A stretch of DNA of 64,000 bases from Geopsychrobacteraceae bacterium (GTDB lineage: Bacteria; Desulfobacterota; Desulfuromonadia; Desulfuromonadales; Geopsychrobacteraceae). A model generated the notes under the pieces. That model did not search any database. It was not told the DNA's origin and saw only the letters and a list, made by a program, of their open reading frames with translations. The stretch spans positions 1,344,001-1,408,000 of the forward strand of contig CAXXTB010000001.1 in the NCBI GenBank assembly GCA_963676795.2, read 5' to 3'. The position numbers and the translations under genes were made by a program. Numbering within the stretch: the stretch's first letter is position 1; each line of letters opens with the position of its first letter. Positions 19,758 to 29,149 of this stretch are shown here, in pieces.

Positions 19758-20726
19758 TCAGCCGCCAACCTTGGCCATGGTAAAAGGTGCCGGCATGGTG
19801 CTTTCCGAGTCCATATGATGACGTGGGGGTTTATTCAAGATGACATCCTGAAGGACTTCATAGATCGTGCTGTCATCAGCTGACAGGTACGGCTTGAGGT
19901 CATAGGCGCGGTCACTGAACAGACAGCTCTTGACCTGGCCATCAGAGGTGACGCGGATGCGATTGCAGGTATTGCAAAAATGCTCACTCATTGGGGTAAT
20001 GATTCCGACTGTCCCTTTGGCTCCGGCAATCTGATAGGGTTTGGCCGGGCCGCAATAGCAGCCGCTTGAGATTGGCATGAGCTGAAACCTGCTTTCGATA
20101 CTTTCCAGAATTTCCTTGCCGGTGATCAGGTACTGACGCCATTCTTTGTCTCTGATGGTTGGCATGTATTCAATAAAGCGGATCGACCAGGGTTTTGTTA
20201 TGCTCATCGCCGCAAAATCGACAATCTCCTGATCATTGACACCGCGCATGGCAACAACGTTCAGTTTGATTTTCATTCCGGCTTCATCGGCCGCAGTGAT
20301 TCCGTCAAGAACGTTTTGAAGATTTCCACAACGGGTAATTTTAGCGAAGTTTTCCGGGATCAATGAATCGATACTGATATTAAGGCGTTCAATACCGATG
20401 GCTTTGAGGTCATGAGCAAATTTGGGGAGCAGTACCCCATTGGTCGTCAAGGCAATTTCTTCAACGCCAGGCACTGCAGCCAGACGTTCGAGAAAGCCAA
20501 GAATTCCTTTGCGGACGAGTGGCTCTCCACCGGTAATTCTGACTTTCTTTATGCCCAGTTTGGTTGCCGCCGAAACTATTTTCAGAAAATCTTCGTAGGA
20601 GAGGATTTCTTCACTCTGAATCTGCTGAATGCCATCTTCCGGCATGCAATATTGGCAGCGTAAATTACATCTGTCTGTAATGGACAGCCTCAGGTAGTTG
20701 ATTGTCCGGCCATGAGAATCGATCAT
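19758..20726 (-). CDS. moaA: GTP 3',8-cyclase (Moco biosynthesis)
   Basis: YLRLSITDRCNLRCQYCMP, RITGGEPL, FCNTCNRIR...C, C-terminal GG. Confidence 0.97.
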   Translation of the reverse strand: MIDSHGRTINYLRLSITDRCNLRCQYCMPEDGIQQIQSEEILSYEDFLKIVSAATKLGIKKVRITGGEPLVRKGILGFLERLAAVPGVEEIALTTNGVLLPKFAHDLKAIGIERLNISIDSLIPENFAKITRCGNLQNVLDGITAADEAGMKIKLNVVAMRGVNDQEIVDFAAMSITKPWSIRFIEYMPTIRDKEWRQYLITGKEILESIESRFQLMPISSGCYCGPAKPYQIAGAKGTVGIITPMSEHFCNTCNRIRVTSDGQVKSCLFSDRAYDLKPYLSADDSTIYEVLQDVILNKPPRHHMDSESTMPAPFTMAKVGG

Positions 20727-20811
20727 GTTGCAACCCTTCTGTGAATAAAAGGCCAAGTGGAAAGCTCCAATTAGCCGAGCAGATCAGACTCGACGTCTGG
20801 CCTCTGCATAT

Positions 20812-21165
20812 CTATTGTTTTTTCAGTTCCGGAAAAATTTCAATAAAAAACTCATCTGCGGAGTGGTTGATCTCAGCGCAGAGCAGCCGAAATTTATCCA
20901 GCAGAATAATTGCCTTGTCGGTAAGCTGACTTTGGCCACCTCCACAGCCCCCAACCCGTCGTTCGAGCAGGGGAAAAGGGGAATGCTCTTCCATATCCTG
21001 AAGCTGAGCCCAAGCTTTCCGGTAAGACATCCCCAACTCTTTTGCTGCTGCGTTGATAGAGCCGGTTTTGTCTACAGCGTCCAGGAGGTGAAGTCGGCCG
21101 TCTCCGAAAAAGGCGTGTCCCTCACATTCTAGCCAAACTTTTGAACGGATCCGGATATCTTTCAT
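20812..21165 (-). CDS. ModE-like regulator consisting of the winged-helix domain only
   Basis: GSINAAAKELGMSYRKAW...GG..GG.S.LT; no TOBE molybdate-binding domains. Confidence 0.88.
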   Translation of the reverse strand: MKDIRIRSKVWLECEGHAFFGDGRLHLLDAVDKTGSINAAAKELGMSYRKAWAQLQDMEEHSPFPLLERRVGGCGGGQSQLTDKAIILLDKFRLLCAEINHSADEFFIEIFPELKKQ

Positions 21166-21366
21166 CTCTGTTGAGTCGCAGTTGGCCAAAATTTGGTCGC
21201 TGTGTAGAGAAGCGTTGTGCTAAATTTGCATATCGCTTTTCAAAAAAAATCTGAATCATGTGTGTGAGTCAGATCATAATTCTCTATTTATATTCCATCG
21301 ACAAAATTCGAACAACACAGATTGCTATCCGCGGTGATTTTTTTTCGTTCGTAAAATTCACTTGGC

Positions 21367-21428
21367 TTCACAATGTGAAATAGTATATTGTCATGTAAAA
21401 CAGTATGCTCCTTTGTTTTCTATGTCAA
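21367..21428 (-). promoter_or_regulatory. sigma70 promoter of modE-moaA with downstream operator-like boxes
   Basis: TTGACA-17nt-TACTGT on minus strand, then GTTTTACATGACAAT and palindrome TTCACA-T-TGTGAA. Confidence 0.65.
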
Positions 21429-21609
21429 TATAAAATGATTTAATGGATAGCACGACGGGTTTGGCTGAGAATAAATCTGATTCTTTTGGCCATGTCTCAG
21501 TAAATTCAGTTACTTGTCGCAGGTTTTCTGCTGCGTTTATATTGCTTTAGTTGTTAATTAGGGGATAAATCCTGCAATGGTGCTTGATGACGTGATTGAG
21601 AGGTGGAGA

Positions 21610-22437
21610 ATGGTTGAAGCGGGAGGGAAGTTTAACGCTATCGAAAAGGCATTGCTTGTTCTGTCTTATTTTGCAGACAACAATAGCCCAATCGGAACGA
21701 CAGAACTCTCTGAGCAACTGAGCCTCAATAAAACGACGATCAGCAGGATCGTGAATACACTTAAGCGTGAAGGGTTTCTCGAGCAGAATCCTTTGACAAA
21801 ACAGTATAGCCTGGGACCGACGGTTGCCAGGTTGAGTAAATCCATCACTCAGAGTCTCGACGGGCAGAGCGCTATTATTGCTCAACCGTACTGTGACCGT
21901 TTGCGTGATGAGGTCGGCGAGACTGTCCACTTCGAGGTTCTTTCCGGAAATCATATCTATCTTGCTTATGCAGCACGTGGGCGCAATCCTGTATCGGTAT
22001 CTATTGCCATTGGTGACAGAGTCTATCCCCATGTTCACGCCGGAGCAAAGTGTATCGCTGCCTATACTCACCCTCGCCTGGTTGATAAGTGGCTGCAGAA
22101 TCATTTGCCGAAATATTATGAGGACACGGTTATTGATTCAGCAAAGATCATGGGCAGCTACAATGAGATCATAGAAAACGGCCTTGCGGTTGACGATGGC
22201 CAGTACAATAGAAGTATTTACGCAATAGCAGCCCCTATTTTTGATAATAATGGTCGCGCTGCTGCCAGTATCGTCGTTGTTGCGCCTTATATGCGCAAGG
22301 CCAACCTGGAAAAGGAAGAGGTGATTGCTGCAACCAAGCAGACAGCAAAATTCGTGTCTGAAAGGCTGCTTTGTCCTCAGAAATATGAAGATTTGTGCGG
22401 GCTTTATCTTGAAAATGCAAATGTCTGCACGCTCTAA
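21610..22437 (+). CDS. IclR-family regulator (paralog 1)
   Basis: AIEKAL.VL, HTH GTTELSEQLSLNKTTISRI, GETVH, AIAAPIFD. Confidence 0.95.
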   Translation: MVEAGGKFNAIEKALLVLSYFADNNSPIGTTELSEQLSLNKTTISRIVNTLKREGFLEQNPLTKQYSLGPTVARLSKSITQSLDGQSAIIAQPYCDRLRDEVGETVHFEVLSGNHIYLAYAARGRNPVSVSIAIGDRVYPHVHAGAKCIAAYTHPRLVDKWLQNHLPKYYEDTVIDSAKIMGSYNEIIENGLAVDDGQYNRSIYAIAAPIFDNNGRAAASIVVVAPYMRKANLEKEEVIAATKQTAKFVSERLLCPQKYEDLCGLYLENANVCTL

Positions 22438-22931
22438 CTAGTCGAAGGATGTTTCTATCCAACTGGAAAGCATAGGGAAATGCCCGTGTGGACTGGGCTT
22501 TGGCTGATTTTTAGTTAAATTTTGTTAGTAAAAATAATATTGACATTGGGCGCCGCTCAAACTAGTGTAGCGCCAGGTAAAACAGCTTTTTGTATTGTGA
22601 AACTTGGGTGCATGTTTTTTTGTTTGGCTCGTTAAGGCTCGCTCGCTATGCCTTATCTGGATAGCGCCAGGTTAATATGAAGGCTGGAAAAATAGGTTCA
22701 TTAGACTTACTGGAGGGGTAAGGTCTGTCGAATCGGATTTGGATTGCAGTCTGGCAACTGAATCTGTCTTTATCTCTTCCGTAGAAGCTTGACTATACTG
22801 CCATAATCTGTCGATTTTGAGATTGGTTGTCGGGCGTCGTTTGTAAAATTATTTTATTTTTGAAATTTCCATGTTTTGCCAATGCTTGCATCCATGAGTC
22901 GCTAAGCTGCTTATATCAATGGTCTATTTAG

Positions 22932-23005
22932 TTGACAAATTGGATGGGCGATGTGTATAAGTAAATAAGTTTTACAATATGGTTTTTAGTCTCATATTGT
23001 AAAAC
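22932..23005 (+). promoter_or_regulatory. sigma70 promoter with inverted-repeat operator upstream of the SSS/ABC transport genes
   Basis: TTGACA-18nt-TATAAG; perfect 13-bp IR GTTTTACAATATG-N11-CATATTGTAAAAC at 22969-23005. Confidence 0.7.
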
Positions 23006-23130
23006 GGCGTGATGGCTGCCACTGTCAGGCAAAATTGATTTTATGAATAATACCATTTGTTTGGGTTGTTGAGTCGTTAATATTTTAACGCTGCCTCAGG
23101 GGTGGAGGCATTACCAACAAGGAGGTTCAA

Positions 23131-23280
23131 ATGGGCAATCTGTCAAATAACTTGTCGCTACAATCTCTAACCTTACTTGTGCCTAGCTGCGCAACATACC
23201 TGATGTCCGCAAGCTGCCGTCCGGCAGTCGATCGCAACACCAGGGTGCTGTTCCAGTACCTCATTAATAGTTCCGTATAG
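23131..23280 (+). CDS. Possible 49-aa leader ORF
   Basis: AAGGAGG RBS then MGNLSNNLSLQSLTLLVPSCATYLMSASCRPAVDRNTRVLFQYLINSSV; poor codon usage, no recognised family. Confidence 0.35.
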   Translation: MGNLSNNLSLQSLTLLVPSCATYLMSASCRPAVDRNTRVLFQYLINSSV

Positions 23281-23443
23281 CCCTTTTGATCAGTCCTGTG
23301 CCATGAGCTGTGCCTGCAGCTTTTCGTATGGGGATTTGTATCTAGTGTTTGTTTTAATGCGTGGATTTGCGGTTGTCTTGCATAACGTTAGACAGGTGCT
23401 GCCACAAACTTTATTCACAGCATGAAGAGGTTGAGGAATCAAA

Positions 23444-24916
23444 ATGTCTAGTCCTATTATTTACGCTGCGATCTATTTCATCATTGTTGTTTTCGGGTCG
23501 TGTTTCTACTTCCGCGGGAAAGTCAAGAACGTAGATGACTTTACCACTGGTGGTAAGACACTCAAGTGGTACATGGTTGCCTCCGGTCTGGCGCTGATCC
23601 CGCTCGGTTCCGGTCACACCATGAACCTCTGGGAAGCATCTGCGGGCTTAGGTGCCGGGGTTCTGTTCTGGCCGGTTATCGTCGGTGGTATCTTCCTGCC
23701 GCTCGCTACCCTGTGGTTTGGTCCATGGCTGCGCGAGCTGAATGTCCAGACTTTCCCAGAGTCTCTCGAAATGCAGTTCGGTCCTGCGATGGGTTACCTT
23801 AACGGTGCCGTCAATACTGCCACCTGGACCGGTATCTGTATGGGTGAGACCCTGGCGACCGGTGGTGCCATCTATGGTCTGACCGGTGGTGCTATTCCGT
23901 TCAAGCCTTGGTGTATCATCATTGCCTTTGTTCTGATCATGGTTTACGTTATCTTCGGTGGCGTTCTTCAGTATTCCATCGTCAGTACTGTTAACGCAAC
24001 CGTCATGATCGTCGGTTCTTATATCGCTCTGATCATGACCGGTGGCTGGCTGTCTGCCAATGCTATGGGTTGGACCGGTGTTGTAGAGCACTACACCGCT
24101 CTTGATCAGGCCTGGAAGCTTGAGATCTTCCGCTTCTCTCCTGACCTGTTCTTCCAGATCATCATCCCTGTTGCTGTTCTGCACATCACTGCTGCAGCTG
24201 TTACTCAGGGTGTTTACATTCCGATCTTCGCTGCCAAGTCGACTCAGGAAGTCCGTAAGGCTACCTTCCTGGCTGCCTGTATCAACGGTATGTCCTCTTT
24301 CCCATGGGTTCTGATGGGTCTGGCCGCTATGACCATTCCTTCCATCGCTGCCGGTGGTGCCAAGCTGTCCGTTATCAATCACGCTCTGCAGAACCTGCCA
24401 GCGCCGATCGTCGGTCTGCTGATGGTCTGTCTGCTTGCTGCTACCCTGTCCACCGGTTCCAGCGTCATGCTGGGTAACGCCACCGTTATTGTCAACGTTA
24501 TCCTCAAGCGCGCCTGCTTCCCGAACATGAAGCCGGAAACCGAGTTCAAGCTGATGCGTCCGATGATCATTGTCTGTGGTCTGGCTGCCTGCGTACCTGC
24601 TCTGGTTGCGCCGATGATCTTCCCGATCTTCCTCTGGTGTTTCTCCTTCGGTATCCCGATGTTCTTCGTCTGGTTGGTCGGTATGGTCTGGAAGTGCAGC
24701 AAGGCCGCTGCCTGGATTACCATTCTGGTGACCTACCTGATCAACTTCATCTGGACCTTTGCGACACCTAGCTGGGCACCAGGTCCATTCGCACTGAACA
24801 TGTATCCTGTTACCGTCAGCGCGATCGTGCTGATCATTGTTCTGAATGCGATTCTGCCTGGTGAGACTGGTCTGCTCAAGCGTCATCGCGCCGCTCAGGC
24901 CTCTAAAGCTGCTTAA
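23444..24916 (+). CDS. Sodium:solute symporter (SSS family)
   Basis: About 13 TM segments, DF..GG..L motif, LLAATLST Na-site-like helix; high-expression codon bias. Confidence 0.9.
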   Translation: MSSPIIYAAIYFIIVVFGSCFYFRGKVKNVDDFTTGGKTLKWYMVASGLALIPLGSGHTMNLWEASAGLGAGVLFWPVIVGGIFLPLATLWFGPWLRELNVQTFPESLEMQFGPAMGYLNGAVNTATWTGICMGETLATGGAIYGLTGGAIPFKPWCIIIAFVLIMVYVIFGGVLQYSIVSTVNATVMIVGSYIALIMTGGWLSANAMGWTGVVEHYTALDQAWKLEIFRFSPDLFFQIIIPVAVLHITAAAVTQGVYIPIFAAKSTQEVRKATFLAACINGMSSFPWVLMGLAAMTIPSIAAGGAKLSVINHALQNLPAPIVGLLMVCLLAATLSTGSSVMLGNATVIVNVILKRACFPNMKPETEFKLMRPMIIVCGLAACVPALVAPMIFPIFLWCFSFGIPMFFVWLVGMVWKCSKAAAWITILVTYLINFIWTFATPSWAPGPFALNMYPVTVSAIVLIIVLNAILPGETGLLKRHRAAQASKAA

Positions 24917-24950
24917 GATCAGTTAAATTAACTTTAAAGGAGTTGTTAAA

Positions 24951-25058
24951 ATGTGGGTATTTGGTTTGTTTGTACAAGAATTCCTGATGGCTCTGGTCTT
25001 TAGCGGTATCATTTATCTGATCTGGCGCATTACCAGCAGCAATGGACAAAAGTGGTAA
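24951..25058 (+). CDS. 35-aa single-TM microprotein (not in ORF track)
   Basis: AAGGAG RBS; MWVFGLFVQEFLMALVFSGIIYLIWRITSSNGQKW. Confidence 0.7.
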   Translation: MWVFGLFVQEFLMALVFSGIIYLIWRITSSNGQKW

Positions 25059-25085
25059 TCTTAATTACACTAGGAGGAATATAAG

Positions 25086-25190
25086 ATGGGTAAAGCAGAA
25101 TTATTGGTAGCAGCTTATATCTGCGTCATTATGCTGGTACTGGGCGGTATGGCTCTGGTCGGCACCTTGGTGAACAAGGGTAAAAAATAA
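25086..25190 (+). CDS. 34-aa single-TM microprotein (not in ORF track)
   Basis: AGGAGG RBS; MGKAELLVAAYICVIMLVLGGMALVGTLVNKGKK with basic C-terminal tail. Confidence 0.75.
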   Translation: MGKAELLVAAYICVIMLVLGGMALVGTLVNKGKK

Positions 25191-25257
25191 GCGATAGTTT
25201 TTCTGAAATATGTAGCACCTGCTGACACTGAGCACTTCACAAAGACGAGGAGGCTGT

Positions 25258-26529
25258 ATGAGTAACAACATTACAAGACGTAAGTTCATGAAAAATGTTG
25301 CAGTAGCGGGTGCTGCAGTATGTTCAACCGGTCTTATCAATCCCGGTCGCCTGAAGGCGGCCGGGAGAGACCATATACTGATCGGTCGTCCGAATCCGTC
25401 AACGGGCCCGATTGCAAGCTTCGGCGAGGCAACCCCCTGGGTAGATGAAATAGCCTTGGAAGCAATCAACAAAGATGGCGGTATCTTTATCAAAGAACTA
25501 GGTAAAAAATTACCGGTTAAGATCAAGCTGGTCGATACTCAGTCAAGCCCGACCACTGCTGGTGAAGTCGCACAGAAGTTGATCCTGCGTGACGATGTCG
25601 ACATGATGATGGTCCTTCATACCCCTGATACGGTAAATCCTGTATCGGCGATGTGTGATAACCTTGGAGTCCCCTGTATTTCCCTGGATGCTCCAGTCGG
25701 TGCCTGGCTCTCGGGTGGTCCTTATGAATGGTGCTATCACGCTTTCTGGACAGAAGATCAGGTTACCGATACCTATATTGGGATGTGGGAATCTCAGGCG
25801 GCCAAGCACAATAAGACTGTTGGTGTGCTGTGGCAGACCGATCCTGACGGTACCGCATGGCGTCCAATGATTGCCAGAAAAGCAAAGGCGTTGGGCTACA
25901 AGATTGTCGATACAGGACAATTCCCTTACATGATGAAGGATTACAGTTCGATTATTTCGGCATTCAAGAAAGAGAATGTTGATATCGTCTGTGGTAATCT
26001 TATTCCTCCCGATTTTGTCACTTTCTGGCGTCAGGCATACCAGCAGGGCTTTAAGCCTAAGATGGCAACAATTGGCAAGGCAATTCTTTTCCCTTCAAAC
26101 ATTGAAGCCCTTGGTGGGGATCTCGGAGAAGGGCTGCTTACGGAGAATTGGTGGAGTCCTTTCCACCCATTCAAGTCTTCATTTGATGGTATGACAACCA
26201 AGGAGCTCTGTGATAGATGGACAGCTGAAACCAAGAAGCCATGGATTGCTCCACTCGGTTTTAAATATGCTGGCTATGAAATCCTCGCAGATGTTCTCAA
26301 GCGAGCTCAGACTCTCGATAAAAAGGCTTTGCTTAGGGCGATTGCAGAAACTGATATGCAGACAATGGTCGGTCCAATCAAGTACAACGCCGATCATTAC
26401 TCTGAGACACCACTCGTTGGTGGTCAGTGGAAGGCCGGTAAGCAATTCAGGTGGGAGATGGATATTGTCTATAACAAGATAAATCCTCAGATTCCGTTAA
26501 CTGGTGAAATCGAATTTCCGATTCCATAG
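25258..26529 (+). CDS. HAAT/Liv-type ABC substrate-binding protein with Tat signal
   Basis: TRRKFMK twin-arginine motif; P.TGPIA.FG, DTQS.P, DPDG motifs. Confidence 0.9.
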   Translation: MSNNITRRKFMKNVAVAGAAVCSTGLINPGRLKAAGRDHILIGRPNPSTGPIASFGEATPWVDEIALEAINKDGGIFIKELGKKLPVKIKLVDTQSSPTTAGEVAQKLILRDDVDMMMVLHTPDTVNPVSAMCDNLGVPCISLDAPVGAWLSGGPYEWCYHAFWTEDQVTDTYIGMWESQAAKHNKTVGVLWQTDPDGTAWRPMIARKAKALGYKIVDTGQFPYMMKDYSSIISAFKKENVDIVCGNLIPPDFVTFWRQAYQQGFKPKMATIGKAILFPSNIEALGGDLGEGLLTENWWSPFHPFKSSFDGMTTKELCDRWTAETKKPWIAPLGFKYAGYEILADVLKRAQTLDKKALLRAIAETDMQTMVGPIKYNADHYSETPLVGGQWKAGKQFRWEMDIVYNKINPQIPLTGEIEFPIP

Positions 26530-26570
26530 ATCTTAGATTTAATTATTTATTCTATTTTTTTGATATCTGG

Positions 26571-26606
26571 AGGGTGTCTCACTGAAAAGTGAGGCACCCT
26601 TTTTTT
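26571..26606 (+). terminator. Intrinsic terminator after the binding-protein gene
   Basis: AGGGTGTCTCACT-GAAA-AGTGAGGCACCCT followed by a T-tract. Confidence 0.85.
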
Positions 26607-26785
26607 GACTGGTATGTTATTAGTTACTTGCATTTGGACCACTGTTGTGCTATTTGAAATACTGTTTCATATAGATAAGAGGCAGTGATTCCTATAGCAG
26701 ATTTGAGCAGTTTGATGCGTCGAAATTTTTTTCTTTTTGGCTGATGCGATTTTTTTACTCATAAAGCGTTAGTGGGTGCTGATTC

Positions 26786-27511
26786 ATGAGCGATATTCTT
26801 GTAGTAGAAAATTTGGCAAAGTCCTTCGGGCAGGTCCGTGCAGTTCAGGATGTCTCTGTTTCTGTCCATGAGGGCGAGTTGTTGGGGGTTATCGGTCCGA
26901 ACGGTGCCGGTAAAACTTCCGTGTTTAATCTTTTAACCGGGATCTACCATCCTGATACGGGCTCAATGATGTTTATGGGACAGGATATCAATCACCTGCC
27001 TGTCTATAAGCGCAGTGCGCTTGGCTTAGGGCGGACCTTCCAGATCCCTCGTCCTTTCGGGGATATGACCGTTTACGAGAACCTACTGGTTGCGGCGACC
27101 TTTTCTTCGGGGTTGAAGAAAAGCCAATATCGGGAAACCTTAAGTGAAATTCTCGAATTGACCGGGCTCTATGACAAAGCTAATAACATGGCGCGTACCT
27201 TACGTCTGCTCGACCGTAAGCGTCTTGAATTGGCGCGTGGATTGGCGACAAATCCCAAGCTGCTGTTGATGGATGAAATCGCCGGTGGCTTGACAGAGAG
27301 TGAAGCCTGGGACGTTTTTGAGATCGTCAAAAACATTCAGCAGCGTGGTGTGACGATCATCTGGATCGAGCATATCATGAGTATGATGGCCGCCGCCGAT
27401 CGCCTGCTGGCTTTGGCCCAAGGCACAACGATCATGTGTGATAAGCCGGATGTCGTTATGAACTCTAAGCAGGTTCTTGAATGTTACCTGGGTTCGGAAT
27501 GTGACGTATGA
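26786..27511 (+). CDS. ABC ATPase, LivG-like
   Basis: GPNGAGKT, RTFQ..RPF, LLLMDE. Confidence 0.93.
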   Translation: MSDILVVENLAKSFGQVRAVQDVSVSVHEGELLGVIGPNGAGKTSVFNLLTGIYHPDTGSMMFMGQDINHLPVYKRSALGLGRTFQIPRPFGDMTVYENLLVAATFSSGLKKSQYRETLSEILELTGLYDKANNMARTLRLLDRKRLELARGLATNPKLLLMDEIAGGLTESEAWDVFEIVKNIQQRGVTIIWIEHIMSMMAAADRLLALAQGTTIMCDKPDVVMNSKQVLECYLGSECDV

Positions 27512-28224
27512 AAAGCGGATCAATCTTAGAAGTCAGTAATTTGTCCGTTCACTACGGCGAGCTTCTCGCGGTAGAGGACATCTCGTTTACCATTGAACCT
27601 GGGCAGGTTGTCTCGATCATCGGGGCTAACGGCGCTGGGAAATCAACAGTCCTAAAATCGATCTCTGGGCTCTGTGCAGCGTCATCCGGTTCGATCAAAT
27701 TTTTGGGTGAGGATGTCACTACCAGTAAGCCTTACCATACGGTAGCTGAAGGGATCGCCATGGTCCCGGAAGGGCGACATATCTTCCCGCGCCTGACCGT
27801 TCGCGAGAATCTGCTGATCGGCTCCTTCACCCCGCGGGCGAGGAAAAACTCTGACAAGAATATCCAGAAGATCTATGAGCTGTTCCCGATTCTGGGGGAG
27901 CGCTGTGATCAGTTTGGGATTAACCTCTCTGGCGGCGAGCAGCAGATGCTGGCGATCGGGAGGGCCTTGATGAGTGAACCTAAACTGCTGCTTTGTGATG
28001 AGATCTCGCTGGGTCTGGCCCCGGTCATTATCAAGGATATCTACGACAAGGTGCATGAGATTCACAATGAAGGAATCTCGATCGTTCTGGTTGAGCAGGA
28101 TATCAAACGCAGTCTGAAGGCCTGTGACTGGGCTTATGTGTTTTTGGAAGGCAAGGTCGTCCTACAGGGGAGCCCTGAAGATTTGACAGAGGATGCTGTC
28201 CAAAAAGCTTATTTCGGGACCTGA
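27508..28224 (+). CDS. ABC ATPase, LivF-like
   Basis: GANGAGKST, VPEGR, LSGGEQQMLAIGRAL, LVEQ. Confidence 0.93.
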   Translation: MKSGSILEVSNLSVHYGELLAVEDISFTIEPGQVVSIIGANGAGKSTVLKSISGLCAASSGSIKFLGEDVTTSKPYHTVAEGIAMVPEGRHIFPRLTVRENLLIGSFTPRARKNSDKNIQKIYELFPILGERCDQFGINLSGGEQQMLAIGRALMSEPKLLLCDEISLGLAPVIIKDIYDKVHEIHNEGISIVLVEQDIKRSLKACDWAYVFLEGKVVLQGSPEDLTEDAVQKAYFGT

Positions 28225-28270
28225 TCTGTTATTATTCGTTTCGTCACCCTTTTTGTGAAAAGACGTCATT

Positions 28271-29149
28271 ATGGAAGAGTACTTACAGCTTATCTTAAAT
28301 GGAGTTCTGCTGGGCGGGCTATATGCGGTCGTCGGTGTCGGTTTGTCGATGATCTTTGGTATCGTCAAGCAGGTAAATCTGGCTCATGGTGATTTGATGA
28401 TCGTTGCCAGTTTCTTAAGCATGGTGCTGATCTCAACTTTCAAATTCCTCAACCTCTGGACCGTGTTGATTCTTGTTGTGCCGATCATGTTCGTTGTCGG
28501 CTTTCTGTTGCAGAAATATATTATGATGCGGGTTATGGACAAGGGGATGGAGCCGCCGTTGATCGTTGCCTTCGGTGTGTCGATCATTGTTCAGAACGGC
28601 CTGTTGCTGCTCTTTTCTCCTGATGCCCGTTCCCTGGAAACACCGCTGGCGATCATGTCGATCAAAGTCACGAATATGCTCTATATTCCAATGATGTACG
28701 TTGTCGACTTCTGTGTCGGGGTCGTCGTAATCCTGCTACTGCACTACTTCTTCAAAAAATCCTTCTGGGGTTGGGCTATCCGTGCCGCAGCCGATGATGA
28801 GCAAACAGCCCAGATTATGGGGATCAATACCAATAATATCTATGCCCTGGCGATGGGAATTGCCATCGCGTCAGCTGCTGTTGCCGGAACCCTGGTTGGT
28901 GCGACAAACAACTTCTATCCGCACACCGGTCCGCAATACCTGATCATTGCCTTTGGTGTCATCATCATCGGTGGTGTTGATAGTATGATGGGTTCACTTC
29001 TCGGTGGTGTCATCCTGGGCCTGGCGCAAACTCTTGGCGGTAAATTCTTCGGACCGGGTTACCAGTTGTTGTCGGGTTATGTTCTGTTATTGATTCTGTT
29101 AACCATTCGTCCACAGGGCCTGCTGAGTAAGGCGAGGAGGGCAGATTGA
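28271..29149 (+). CDS. ABC permease, LivH-like
   Basis: NG..LGG.YA...GLS.IFG...VNLAHG, G.AIRA..DD..A..MGIN. Confidence 0.92.
   Translation: MEEYLQLILNGVLLGGLYAVVGVGLSMIFGIVKQVNLAHGDLMIVASFLSMVLISTFKFLNLWTVLILVVPIMFVVGFLLQKYIMMRVMDKGMEPPLIVAFGVSIIVQNGLLLLFSPDARSLETPLAIMSIKVTNMLYIPMMYVVDFCVGVVVILLLHYFFKKSFWGWAIRAAADDEQTAQIMGINTNNIYALAMGIAIASAAVAGTLVGATNNFYPHTGPQYLIIAFGVIIIGGVDSMMGSLLGGVILGLAQTLGGKFFGPGYQLLSGYVLLLILLTIRPQGLLSKARRAD

Noticed and set aside
21367..21380. Rex or CRP/FNR site suggested by TGTGA/TCACA half-sites
   Set aside because: Half-sites are in the opposite order (TCACA-N-TGTGA) with 1-nt spacing, unlike Rex or CRP sites
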